Of a stretch of 64,000 nt of DNA, positions 52,538-62,039 are shown piece after piece. The position numbers and the translations under genes were made by a program. Numbering within the stretch: position 1 is the stretch's first letter; each line of letters opens with the position of its first letter. The DNA comes from Fimbriimonadales bacterium. GTDB taxonomy: Bacteria > Armatimonadota > Fimbriimonadia > Fimbriimonadales > GBS-DC. Below the pieces are notes generated by a model. That model saw only the letters and a program-made list of their open reading frames with translations. It did no database searches and was not told where the DNA came from. The stretch spans positions 259,971 through 323,970 of the forward strand of contig BPGO01000003.1 of the NCBI GenBank assembly GCA_026003075.1, written 5' to 3'.

Positions 52538-53794
52538 CCAAAGCGTGCCGCTGTCGATTCCAACTTCCAGCGCAATATCGCGCGCGCGTGAACGAACATA
52601 TTGTCCTTGGGCGTCAAACTCCACTATCCAAAAGCCGTCAATCAACGTCGTGCCTTCTGTCTGATTCGCGTCGGTGTACAGGTATCTTTGTCGCTGCTGC
52701 TGGCGTGTATAGATTTTATAGATACGTCCTTGCTGGTCAAACAGAATGGGTATCTGCAACTTCCAGTTTCGTGCGCCGTTGTAAGCGTCCCACACATTCG
52801 GCAGGTGTCGCGACACATCCAGCTGCCACTGGATGGAGCGCACGATGCTACCTTCTATGGTGAACCAACGGAAGGTAAGTTCAGGCACGACATCGAACAC
52901 TGAATCGTCAAAAACCCGCCGCTCGCGCTCATCGTAGAGGGTCCAGACACGGCGGTCTTCCTGTGGAAGCGACGACGCACTGTAATCCACAACAAGGACT
53001 TGCCCCGTATACCGATTGACAGCAAATGGGTCATAGGTTACCACCGGAAGCACATTCACAGCCCCATCAGGTGAGACCACCAATAGTCGGTCAGACATGG
53101 TAGTAACCTTTTCCTTGCCATCATCCAACGATTCACTTTCAAGAATCCTTTGCATCAGAAAGAAGCATCGACCTGTGTGATCCACTTCCCAAAGTAGGGC
53201 TGATCCAGGGTACAGGTTGTGGGGCGCATAAGCGTTGCGCACTGCCGCTTGAATACGCTCCGAGAGCGTCTTGTTGTAAGTTCCATCAGGGTTGTACACC
53301 TCTGCACCGTCATTCCCCTGCACATAGAGCTTGCCGTCTGCCCCCACGCGCATTCGCCCTGGATCGCCGCGTACAATCTCAATCGCGCGTACCCACCGCC
53401 CCTGACGGTCGTAGACCTGTACGTATGGGTTTGGGGGCGTGCCTGTGCCTATCCGGGAGCGACCTGACTCAGTCTCAGAGTTTGGCGGCAGCATCCGCAC
53501 CGAGTCGTCAAAGAAGAACATCTGCCCATCCCAGCTCACGCAGAAACTGCCAGGCCACGCGCTACTTGCAGTCAGCTCAGGCTCCCGCTCATTCGCTTCA
53601 CTGCCGTCAGATACAGGCGGAAACTTTTCGGGAATCACCATAAGCTGCCCCTGCGCCTTGCCATAGTTAATCTTGAACAATTCTACAGGCGCTCTCCCAT
53701 CTTGTGCTGATGATGGTTCCAGAGCAACCACCGCCAACAACAGAGGCGTTCCTGCGACAAACGCTAATTTCGCCCAAGATTTCATCTTGCTCAT
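52457..53794 (-). CDS. Secreted beta-propeller-like protein, paralogue 1 (candidate immunity protein)
   Basis: Signal peptide ending SSA-QD; family motifs FCVSWDGQ, QVYDRQGRWVR, PNVWD, DVDRDGNVYWVEF, MSPRQ. Confidence 0.85.
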   Translation of the reverse strand: MSKMKSWAKLAFVAGTPLLLAVVALEPSSAQDGRAPVELFKINYGKAQGQLMVIPEKFPPVSDGSEANEREPELTASSAWPGSFCVSWDGQMFFFDDSVRMLPPNSETESGRSRIGTGTPPNPYVQVYDRQGRWVRAIEIVRGDPGRMRVGADGKLYVQGNDGAEVYNPDGTYNKTLSERIQAAVRNAYAPHNLYPGSALLWEVDHTGRCFFLMQRILESESLDDGKEKVTTMSDRLLVVSPDGAVNVLPVVTYDPFAVNRYTGQVLVVDYSASSLPQEDRRVWTLYDERERRVFDDSVFDVVPELTFRWFTIEGSIVRSIQWQLDVSRHLPNVWDAYNGARNWKLQIPILFDQQGRIYKIYTRQQQRQRYLYTDANQTEGTTLIDGFWIVEFDAQGQYVRSRARDIALEVGIDSGTLWDVDRDGNVYWVEFQADHLRVMMSPRQ

Positions 53795-53806
53795 ACGACA
53801 TCCTCC

Positions 53807-54021
53807 TCATTCTGTTTCCCGAATTCTTCGAAAAGTGTAGCCACGTTGTTGCAGCGCGCGTAGCATGTCCATCCATTCCCGCATTACGCGCCTCGAACCC
53901 CGAACGCCCCCCAGAAGCGCAGCAACACCTCTTGCACAAGGTCTTCTGCGTCAGCAGTGCAGTGTGTCCACCGCATCGCGACAGAAAACATCCAGGTTCG
54001 CCACGCGGTCTCGGTAGGCAT
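53807..54021 (-). pseudogene. Internally deleted copy of the sigma/NlpC-P60 gene
   Basis: MPTETAWRTWMF...AEDLVQEVLLRFW matches the N-terminus of 57824..61225, joined out of frame to ...LQQRGYTFRRIRETE*, similar to the family C-termini. Confidence 0.8.
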
Positions 54022-54081
54022 CGATACCTCTCTTGCACTACAATATAATTTAGCACTCTCATGCGAGATTCCTGCTGTTTC

Positions 54082-54285
54082 CAGCCCGAATACTGGATCG
54101 TTGACCCCGACCGCGAGTACGCGGAGTTCTGGCAGTTGGATGAGACGGGCGCATATCGCGTGGCGTTCGCAGGCAGCGAGGGCGTTTATCGCAGTCGCGA
54201 ACTGAACGGCTTTTGGTTGCGCGTGGAGTGGCTGTGGCAGCAGCCTCCGATGGCGACGGTTCTCCAAGAGTGGGGACTGCACTGA
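54082..54285 (+). pseudogene. Uma2 family (PD-(D/E)XK) endonuclease, 3' fragment
   Basis: PEYWIVDP...GVYRSRELNGFWLRVEWLW; the N-terminal part is missing. Confidence 0.8.
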
Positions 54286-54308
54286 CGCTCCTAAGGTATA
54301 CTTTCGGC

Positions 54309-55457
54309 ATGTCGCGTCCTGTCGTGCGTTTGCAAGGAAGCATCCAGAGCCTACGCTTCAACGGGCAGCCCGCGACCTTGCCTAACTATGAATGGAGCGA
54401 TTTCAATATCAATGCAGCCCGTTCTCCATGCAAAGTGCGCTTAGCTGACGGAGCTGGTCTGGCAGTGTCCAAATGGACAGGTCCGAAGCGCACACGCACC
54501 TATCCACTTGCAAAAGTGTACGATACTTACTCGCACAGCGGTAAGATTGTCACTGTTATACCTATCATCAAGGATGAGGGACGCGGCGAGCGAGAAAACG
54601 ACACTAACCTTGACCGAGTGAACTTTATCACGCTGTCATGGATGAACCTGATGGGCGTGTATGTCATCCTCGCCTGGTATTGTGATGCTGATAAGAAAGA
54701 TAACTACCGAATCACGCGCCAGCGATTAGACAACGATTATGTGCGTCAGAAGATTGAAGAAGTAGCACGCTACAAAATGGACGCCCATCACTGGAACCAA
54801 GACCATTTCGTAAACGAGTTTGTTCCTCTCTACGAAAAAGCGTTGCATAGCTACGCATTAATCGCCCAAAAGTTGGGCGTCGCTATGCATTCCCAGCAAA
54901 GGCTACTTTCGTTTCTCGATGCCGTACGTTCTACGGATAATCCGTGCAAGTTAGATCTTGCAAAGTACGCCGAACTTTCTCTCTCGGCGTCCGAGCGCGC
55001 TGCATTACGAGAGACCGCTACTGAACATCGGATGGAGCGTGTCCAAGTAGGGAACGCCAAGGGCTTCTTTGAGATACATAACTACTTGGGCGGCGTGTAC
55101 TACCTGACTGCTGATGAGGTTATCCTGAATGGGGGCAATCAGGCTATCATACAGGAGAGCAAGAACACCACCAAGCGTCTCCTACCTTCACTGAGCGACA
55201 TCAAGGATGGTCTGTTCAAGCTTTTACTGTTCTCGCAGCTTCAAGAGTTACGACTTGGAGGGGCGTCGCTACAGTTTCGTACCCGACTGCGCTTAACGGG
55301 CGTCTTTAGGGGGAAACTGGAGCTACCTGCCGAACCTGAGGTGTTGAAATCGTTCACTACAGGCTGGGGAGAGCCTGTTCGCCGAAGTTTGCTCTGGCTG
55401 AATGAGGAACTGAGGCGACTTAGCATAGAGGGCTTCCTGGAGGGAACTCACTCATGA
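54309..55457 (+). CDS. Putative type II restriction endonuclease
   Basis: Overlaps (ATGA) a Dam-like methylase; TADE...QESK resembles a PD-(D/E)XK motif; specificity unknown. Confidence 0.65.
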   Translation: MSRPVVRLQGSIQSLRFNGQPATLPNYEWSDFNINAARSPCKVRLADGAGLAVSKWTGPKRTRTYPLAKVYDTYSHSGKIVTVIPIIKDEGRGERENDTNLDRVNFITLSWMNLMGVYVILAWYCDADKKDNYRITRQRLDNDYVRQKIEEVARYKMDAHHWNQDHFVNEFVPLYEKALHSYALIAQKLGVAMHSQQRLLSFLDAVRSTDNPCKLDLAKYAELSLSASERAALRETATEHRMERVQVGNAKGFFEIHNYLGGVYYLTADEVILNGGNQAIIQESKNTTKRLLPSLSDIKDGLFKLLLFSQLQELRLGGASLQFRTRLRLTGVFRGKLELPAEPEVLKSFTTGWGEPVRRSLLWLNEELRRLSIEGFLEGTHS

Positions 55458-56350
55458 CAAAGAGTCCACTTCGCTTTCCTGGCGGCAAGTCGCGGGCGAT
55501 TGGGCAGATTCTCCCTCTGATACCTGACTTTGACGAATATCGCGAGCCGATGGTCGGAGGCGGCTCGGTTCTGTTGGCGTTGCGCCAGCGTTCTCCGCAG
55601 CGCAGGTACTGGATGAACGACCTCAACTACGAACTCTATTGCTTCTGGAAGGTCGCTCAGGAGTGCGCCGACCGCCTCGCGGATACGCTCCATCGCCTGC
55701 ACAGCGAGACTCAGGATGGTAGGACGCTGTTCTATCGCCTGTTGGAACGCTATGGGCAGGGTGACGAGTTCGAGCGCGCCGTGCGCTTCTTTGTGTTGAA
55801 TCGCATCACTTTCTCAGGGACAGTAGACTCAGGCGGCTACTCGGAGCAGGCGTTTCGCGGACGGTTCACCCCTTCTGCGATTGAGCGCATCCGACAAGTT
55901 GCGCCTCTGTTGCAAGGTGTACGAATCACCCACGGGGATTACGAACCCGTATTGCGCGAAGCAGGCGATGAGGTGTTCATCTTTTTAGACCCGCCGTACT
56001 ACTCCGCGACGAACTCGCGTCTGTATGGCAAACGCGGCGAACTGCACCTAAACTTCGATCATCATCGTCTGGCGCGGGTGCTGAACCAGGTCGCGCATCG
56101 CTGGCTGCTTACTTATGACGACAGCCCCTTTATTCGCGAGCTGTACGCTGACTATGCGCAGGTACGATGGACGCTGCAGTACGGAATGAATAACTACAAG
56201 CAGCCGTGTGCGCGTGCTGGGCGTGAGTTATTCATCGCGAACTACCCGATTCAGGCGCGGGATTCCTCGCCGCAACTCGCTTTAGTTTTCGAGAGGAACT
56301 GGAGCCGTTTCTATTCCACTGCAGGCGCAGGCGAAGCGTTGGAGGAGTAG
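55454..56350 (+). CDS. DNA adenine methyltransferase (Dam/D12 family) with actP-like C-terminal tail
   Basis: SPLRFPGGKSR, EPMVGGGSV, NDL, FLDPPYY, ELFIANY; ends AGAGEALEE. Confidence 0.92.
   Translation: MTKSPLRFPGGKSRAIGQILPLIPDFDEYREPMVGGGSVLLALRQRSPQRRYWMNDLNYELYCFWKVAQECADRLADTLHRLHSETQDGRTLFYRLLERYGQGDEFERAVRFFVLNRITFSGTVDSGGYSEQAFRGRFTPSAIERIRQVAPLLQGVRITHGDYEPVLREAGDEVFIFLDPPYYSATNSRLYGKRGELHLNFDHHRLARVLNQVAHRWLLTYDDSPFIRELYADYAQVRWTLQYGMNNYKQPCARAGRELFIANYPIQARDSSPQLALVFERNWSRFYSTAGAGEALEE
56324..56350 (+). repeat. 27-bp copy of the actP 3' end
   Basis: ggcgcaggcgaagcgttggaggagtag versus 52388..52414 ggcgcaggcgaggcgttggaggaataa: 24/27 identical, differences synonymous. Confidence 0.85.
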
Positions 56351-56446
56351 GGTGTCCCCCAGCACGGGTGAGAACCGATTTTGGCTGCGGGTGGAGGGTT
56401 AGGGAACGCGATGGCGGTAAGGCGCGCTCACCCCATCGCGCCCTAA

Positions 56447-57808
56447 TCATCGCGGCGACATCTTGACCTCCAAGTGATCGGGATGGAACTCTATCCAGTA
56501 CACATTACCATGTTTATCCACATCCCACAGGTTAATCAGCCGCCCGACCAAGTTCTCCTGATGTCCATAGCTGCCTATCAGGCGCAGATTCGAAGCGCGA
56601 GGACGGACAAAACGCCCATCCGGCGTGAACTCAATAATCCAGAAGCCGTCCATCAGGGCTATGCCACGATCCGGGTCAGCAGGATCGTCCACCGTAATCC
56701 AATGGCGGCGTGTCGCGCTATAGACCCGATAGAGATGTCCCGCCTCATCCGTCGCAATCGCAAGGTGTCTCTCCAGGTTCACCGTGCCCACAAACCCATC
56801 CCACACATTCGGAACGCGGTCCGAAATGTCCAGATGCCAGACGAACTTCCTGACCACCTCGCCATCAGGACGAACACGCTTGTACGGATCCTTTCTAAAG
56901 AGCGTGATTGTATCGGTTTGGGGTTCCTCGTCAGAGCGCGAGTGGATCACAACAAACTGAACCTCCATCCGCCCCTCCGCTCGTACATCGTAATCGCCTA
57001 TGATAATCTCGCCCCGATAGCGGTCGATTCCCGCCTGATCATATGATGGGTAATCCAGCAGATTGGATCCCCCATCTGGATGGATGACCAGCAAGCGTCC
57101 TTCCAATTGCTTTGTTCCACCCTCTTCAGAAACGATTTGGCGAGCCAAGAAGTAGACCCTTCCGTTGCGATCCACCTCAAAAAACTCAGGTGTGGCGACT
57201 TCTGAGTCTAAGCGAAACTCTGTTGCCGCCCGTTTGATCGCCTCCCCCACTGCCTCCGTGCGCTGCTTGTCGTAGGTTCCGTCGGGGCGGTAGATGGCGA
57301 CACCACGCTTGGCATCGTCCACATAGAGCCAGCCTTGTTCGTCCACCCGAATTCGGGAGGGGAAGCCGTGTTTGAGTTTGATGGTGCGCACCCACTGTCC
57401 CTGACGATTGTAGACCTGCACCCACGGCGCCAGCTGGTCATCTTCTGTAGAGGTCTCTGCTTGAGGGGGTAGCTCGAGATTCTTGTCATAGTGGCGCAGA
57501 GGGTCGGCGATGTAAAACAGTTGCCCATCCCAGCTGACACAGAAGGTCGTGGGTCCACCGCCTGGTAGCGGTTCCCGCAACTCGTCGCCGTTCACCTCGC
57601 TGATCAGCCGTGAGCCAGGAAAGCGCACCCGCAGCTGGGTCGGCTTCTCACCGTAGGCAACTTTGAACAGGGAGACGGGCCGTGAGTCGGTTTGGATAGG
57701 AGGCGTTCGTCCAAAGCTCACGGCTGCAATGGTCAGCAAGCTAATCAGCACCAGCAACATCGGTGCGAGTTCACTCAGGGTTTCACTCTTTCGTAGGGTT
57801 TTTCGCAT
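56447..57808 (-). CDS. Secreted beta-propeller-like protein, paralogue 2
   Basis: Hydrophobic leader; FCVSWDGQLFY, QVYNRQGQWVR, GIDRYRGEII, PNVWD, DVDKHGNVYWIEF, MSPR. Confidence 0.85.
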   Translation of the reverse strand: MRKTLRKSETLSELAPMLLVLISLLTIAAVSFGRTPPIQTDSRPVSLFKVAYGEKPTQLRVRFPGSRLISEVNGDELREPLPGGGPTTFCVSWDGQLFYIADPLRHYDKNLELPPQAETSTEDDQLAPWVQVYNRQGQWVRTIKLKHGFPSRIRVDEQGWLYVDDAKRGVAIYRPDGTYDKQRTEAVGEAIKRAATEFRLDSEVATPEFFEVDRNGRVYFLARQIVSEEGGTKQLEGRLLVIHPDGGSNLLDYPSYDQAGIDRYRGEIIIGDYDVRAEGRMEVQFVVIHSRSDEEPQTDTITLFRKDPYKRVRPDGEVVRKFVWHLDISDRVPNVWDGFVGTVNLERHLAIATDEAGHLYRVYSATRRHWITVDDPADPDRGIALMDGFWIIEFTPDGRFVRPRASNLRLIGSYGHQENLVGRLINLWDVDKHGNVYWIEFHPDHLEVKMSPR

Positions 57809-57823
57809 GGCTCTCACCTCAAC

Positions 57824-60800
57824 TTAGTTTTGGAGTTGCTGCAATCGGCGCAGGCGATAGGTTCTTCCTGATTTGTCTTCGCGCTCCATCAGGTCGCCCA
57901 CCGTATCGGGACGCAAACGCGGGTTACCGCGTGTTGGTAGCGTTAGATGCTCCCCGTCGTTGATGGACACCCTATTATAGCGCCCCGAAGAGTCGATTAC
58001 GTCCACCCAAATATAATAGTCTGTTAGCTCGTTAGTTTTCTTATGTCTTATCTCGTCCCGCCGTGTAAACTCGACGATGAGGGCGACGTGGCTTCCTCTT
58101 TTGACGAGGATATCGCCTGGCTGGGCATTCAGGCGGGCTTGTTTATTGTCGTCCCAGCCGCGCGTGTAGGGATAACTGCCGCTGGCTAAATGTTCGGTTC
58201 CGATATCCCACCAGCGTCTGGTCTGTCGCCTGTCGTCCTGTCGCCTATCCCAACCCAATCCTGCCATCATCGCCGCTGCACTGATAAGTTTGGAGCAATC
58301 GATGCCAAATCCCTGATAGCCGCCCTCTGTGCTACTATCGCGCGTTGTAGGATGGACACGCCCTCCAAACCAGCAACCGCCCCACTCATACCTCACGCCG
58401 ATAAACGCCGTCGCCCACTCCACTACGCGCAAACGATAGTTGGCGTCGCTCCCTTCAAAACGCTCACGCACCGACAGACGCATTGCGGCAGTAGCCTCCT
58501 CGCCACGCCTGTCCAGTCTAGCAAATATTTTTCTTCTCCCACTTACATATTCGTCCCAGTCGCTCTTGGGAATTTTCCCGATCCCTGATACCAGATAGTA
58601 GTCCCAGTCTTGATGAGTCACGGCAACGGCGTACCGTTTTGTGCCACGTTCTGCCCTGAATGAGTAGGTGGGTAAGTTACCTTCAATCTGTCGAAGGGTG
58701 TACCAGTAGATTCGGTTGGGGCGTTCTCCTGTGTGATGATGAACCTCCAACCAGCGGAATTCGAGTTTTGGACCAGGCCAGACACCACATCGTGAAAGGT
58801 CACTAACAGAACGCGAGAAGAAATTATTATCTGGGCGCTGTTCTCCTCGTGACCAGGATACATTCCCAATATAAATACCAGAAGGCTGACGAGTGTATAC
58901 TATACCTTCAGGAAAGTCGATCTCACTATACCCACCGGTTATTACAGGTATCAATTCTATCTCGGTACCGACATAAGGATAGAGCAATTCCTGATTGCTA
59001 CTTGTTGCACCTCCACGAACTGCGTAGAAGATACCTACATTAAAGATTTGATACGTTGTGAACTTAGGTGCAACGCCAACTTTTACCTGCCTTGGATGGT
59101 TATCACGATAGTAGCCTGCAAAATTATCAGTGAAGCGGGGTATAAAGTGATAGGTTCCGAACCGAGTCATCTGGTTCTCAGGAATGCGCACAATAACTGT
59201 ATGTTCGCCTTCAGTAAAATATGCCGAGTCGATATTTTCAGAATGGATAGGATTGCGCACATCATTCCCAAAATGAACGTCGATGTGTCCACGCGACACC
59301 AAAGGGGTTCTTTGGAGATTAGAACGGGTGTTCTGCAGACGATACCTGATAGCAAAGTCAAAGGTGCGTTGTTGTGAGTTGTATCCCAAGGCAGTCAGGT
59401 TGAGCAGATCCATATGCACCCAACTTGCTGTGGTATCTACATTCACGAAGGAGCCTATAAAAGTTCCCAGACTCGCTGCAATTTGGTAGGGCACCTCGTT
59501 CTCTAATCCACTGTAGGGCGTGCGTTGTATCTGGACGAGGACGCGACCCGGCAGATTAGTATTATTCACTGAATGCGTCGTCGTACCTGTCTGCACCTGC
59601 AGAAGTAAATCGCCCTGCCAGTGGGGTGAAATCAGATCCAGCTCCACAGTCTGCGTTTGTTCTGTCTCAGAAAAGATGATCCAGTCGTCACTGGCTATAC
59701 GCACGAGAGGGTTGCTTACATTGAAACGGAACTCTTTTTTACAAACCCTACCTGCGCCATTTGTCGAATACTGGAGATAGGTCACTTCTGCAGTGTTTTC
59801 CCCGTTCGGCATCCCGATATCTGCTCTTCCAACATCGTTGTTCCAACCATAGGTGTAGTCAAGGGTTCCCTCTTTAGAGCCGCTTAGGCATCGGCAATAT
59901 TCACGGATCCCATAGGGGTCGTTGCATTCCCAGTAGTCCAAGTACAACCTGCGTTCTGGAAACGCCCCCTCGGGGCGATTATTTTTGAAGGTTACATAAC
60001 TGAAGTAAAGCGTGGGCGGTTCAGGCGAATCCGCAGCATAGAACTTGTACATATCCGCAACTGTGGTCGTGCATCTGAGCGATTCATGGTCATGTTCGAC
60101 AAAATAGTACTCCAACCCAACACGGAAGTCTGCGCATCTACCTGGTAGGAAGCAGCCTGGCTCGCCGATTCGGCAAAATGACCCTAATAAAGTTCCACCT
60201 ATTCCAAACTGCGGAAAGTTGAACCTCACTTGGAATGAACTTGGCTGCAGCGTCGATTGCAACGCAAAAATGAATTGCCCATTCTCGTTCGTAAGGGGAT
60301 GATTCCCGATCCAGTGGATCGTGCCCGCGGTTGTATGGATTTCCACAACAGCACCCGGCACTGGTTTGCCATCAACGTCCCGAATCGTTATCGCTCCCCA
60401 AATTAGGCTCTCGCCATCGGCAGGGACGCTCGGCATATGCAGTCCTGCTCTCACTTGATATCCATTCTCCAAAGCCTGCGTCAGTGTTCCATTCTGAAGA
60501 GCGGCGCTAAGCACTTCATTTGCTATCTGGTTCTCTCGGTCAGTCTGAGCAAAAGATAACTTAGGAGGGTACACTACTACACCCATCGTCAATAGGATTA
60601 CCACAGCGCGAACTTGTCTTGCAGCGAGCGAGGCAAGCACTCTATCCCCCCCCCCCGCGCTTTCATCCAGCGGAAAGACTGGTTGATCATCAACATCAGC
60701 ACCTCCGCCAATTAATTCGCTCTCTGCTCCCCAAAAGGTTGACAGCATAGTCTGTGCTTTTTGACGCATTCGGCAGAATTGGCATTTGACGGTTCCCACA

Positions 60801-61225
60801 CTGACATTTAGGCGGCGTGCAATCTCCTGATAGGTATATCCCTCCAGATAAAGATGGAGCATCTCCTGCTGTTGGGGAGAGAGCTGCTCCTCAAGCCTCT
60901 GTCGAAGCAGCTGCATTTCGGCGTGTTCTATAAGGCGGGTTTCAGAACCCTCGTGACCCTCGGGTAAAGGAGCATCCCAGTTTTCAAGCGTGATGTTTCG
61001 TTGCGTTGGTGCGCGACGGTTCCAATCAATGGTGCGAAGGCGAAGCCAGCGTCGGCAAACGGTTCGCGCCCACTGATGCGGGTGATATTCCCAAGGCAGG
61101 ACACCGAACACCTCCCAAAACTGCAGCAGGACCTCTTGCACGATGTCTTCTGCGTCTGCGGCGCAGCGCGTCAAGGGCTGGGCTACAAAAAGCATCCAAG
61201 CACGCCATTCAGTCTCAGTACACAT
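57824..61225 (-). CDS. ECF sigma-70-like domain joined through a G11 tract to signal peptide, invasin-type Ig domain and C-terminal NlpC/P60 domain
   Basis: AEDIVQEVLL (region 2); LSPQQQ...EGYTYQEIARRLNVSVGTVK (region 4); SFA-Q; VPADGES...RDVDGKPVPGAVVE...TNENGQ; GVRYEWGG...GIDCSKL...QPGDILV..GSHV. Confidence 0.85.
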   Translation of the reverse strand: MCTETEWRAWMLFVAQPLTRCAADAEDIVQEVLLQFWEVFGVLPWEYHPHQWARTVCRRWLRLRTIDWNRRAPTQRNITLENWDAPLPEGHEGSETRLIEHAEMQLLRQRLEEQLSPQQQEMLHLYLEGYTYQEIARRLNVSVGTVKCQFCRMRQKAQTMLSTFWGAESELIGGGADVDDQPVFPLDESAGGGDRVLASLAARQVRAVVILLTMGVVVYPPKLSFAQTDRENQIANEVLSAALQNGTLTQALENGYQVRAGLHMPSVPADGESLIWGAITIRDVDGKPVPGAVVEIHTTAGTIHWIGNHPLTNENGQFIFALQSTLQPSSFQVRFNFPQFGIGGTLLGSFCRIGEPGCFLPGRCADFRVGLEYYFVEHDHESLRCTTTVADMYKFYAADSPEPPTLYFSYVTFKNNRPEGAFPERRLYLDYWECNDPYGIREYCRCLSGSKEGTLDYTYGWNNDVGRADIGMPNGENTAEVTYLQYSTNGAGRVCKKEFRFNVSNPLVRIASDDWIIFSETEQTQTVELDLISPHWQGDLLLQVQTGTTTHSVNNTNLPGRVLVQIQRTPYSGLENEVPYQIAASLGTFIGSFVNVDTTASWVHMDLLNLTALGYNSQQRTFDFAIRYRLQNTRSNLQRTPLVSRGHIDVHFGNDVRNPIHSENIDSAYFTEGEHTVIVRIPENQMTRFGTYHFIPRFTDNFAGYYRDNHPRQVKVGVAPKFTTYQIFNVGIFYAVRGGATSSNQELLYPYVGTEIELIPVITGGYSEIDFPEGIVYTRQPSGIYIGNVSWSRGEQRPDNNFFSRSVSDLSRCGVWPGPKLEFRWLEVHHHTGERPNRIYWYTLRQIEGNLPTYSFRAERGTKRYAVAVTHQDWDYYLVSGIGKIPKSDWDEYVSGRRKIFARLDRRGEEATAAMRLSVRERFEGSDANYRLRVVEWATAFIGVRYEWGGCWFGGRVHPTTRDSSTEGGYQGFGIDCSKLISAAAMMAGLGWDRRQDDRRQTRRWWDIGTEHLASGSYPYTRGWDDNKQARLNAQPGDILVKRGSHVALIVEFTRRDEIRHKKTNELTDYYIWVDVIDSSGRYNRVSINDGEHLTLPTRGNPRLRPDTVGDLMEREDKSGRTYRLRRLQQLQN

Positions 61226-61349
61226 CTGTACCCCCTAAGTATTATACATTACTATTAGTTACACACAGACAAGATTCCTGCCATTTAGGTACCGAATTGG
61301 CGAGGCCATGCGGAACCTTGTTTGCCTGAGTCAGGTACACTTTGTCCTG

Positions 61350-62039
61350 ATGAGGACTCTCTGCCGTGCGCCCGAAGTGTGGCGCGACATGGGACTGACC
61401 GACGCCGAGTACCAACGCATTGCGGACCTGATGGGACGCGAGCCGACCGATGTGGAACTGGGCATGTTCGCCGTGATGTGGTCGGAACACTGCGGTTATA
61501 AATACTCGCGCCCGGTATTGAGCCTCTTTAAAAGGTATCGCGAGTCGCTGGAGGGCGCAGGCTTTGAGAACGCAGGCGTGATACCGCTGGATGAGAATCT
61601 GGGCGTCGCGTTCAAGGTGGAGAGCCATAACCATCCTTCGGCGGTGGAACCTCATCAGGGGGCGGCGACGGGCGTGGGGGGCATCATCCGCGATATCTTC
61701 ACGATGGGCGCCCGCCCTATCGCGATTTTGGACTCGCTGCGCTTTGGTCCCTTGAACGAGCCGCGCAACCGCTACCTGTTTGAGCATGTGGTGGAGGGCA
61801 TCTCCAGCTACGGCAACTGCATCGGCGTGCCGACGGTTGCGGGCGAGGTCTATTTCCATCCGTGTTATTCGGGCAACCCGTTGGTGAACGCGATGGCGGT
61901 CGGCGTCGTGGGGATGGCGCTGAACCTGCTGACGGCGATTATCGTCTCGCGCCTGACGCCCCCACCTCCTACGCATATTCAGGAGATTGTGGACTCGATT
62001 CGCATTCCGCGCGGCGCAGGCGAGGCGTTGGAGGAATAA
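61350..62039 (+). pseudogene. purL: purL 5' fragment fused in frame to an actP 3' end
   Basis: [46 protein letters not shown], then [20 protein letters not shown]...GAGEALEE. Confidence 0.92.
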
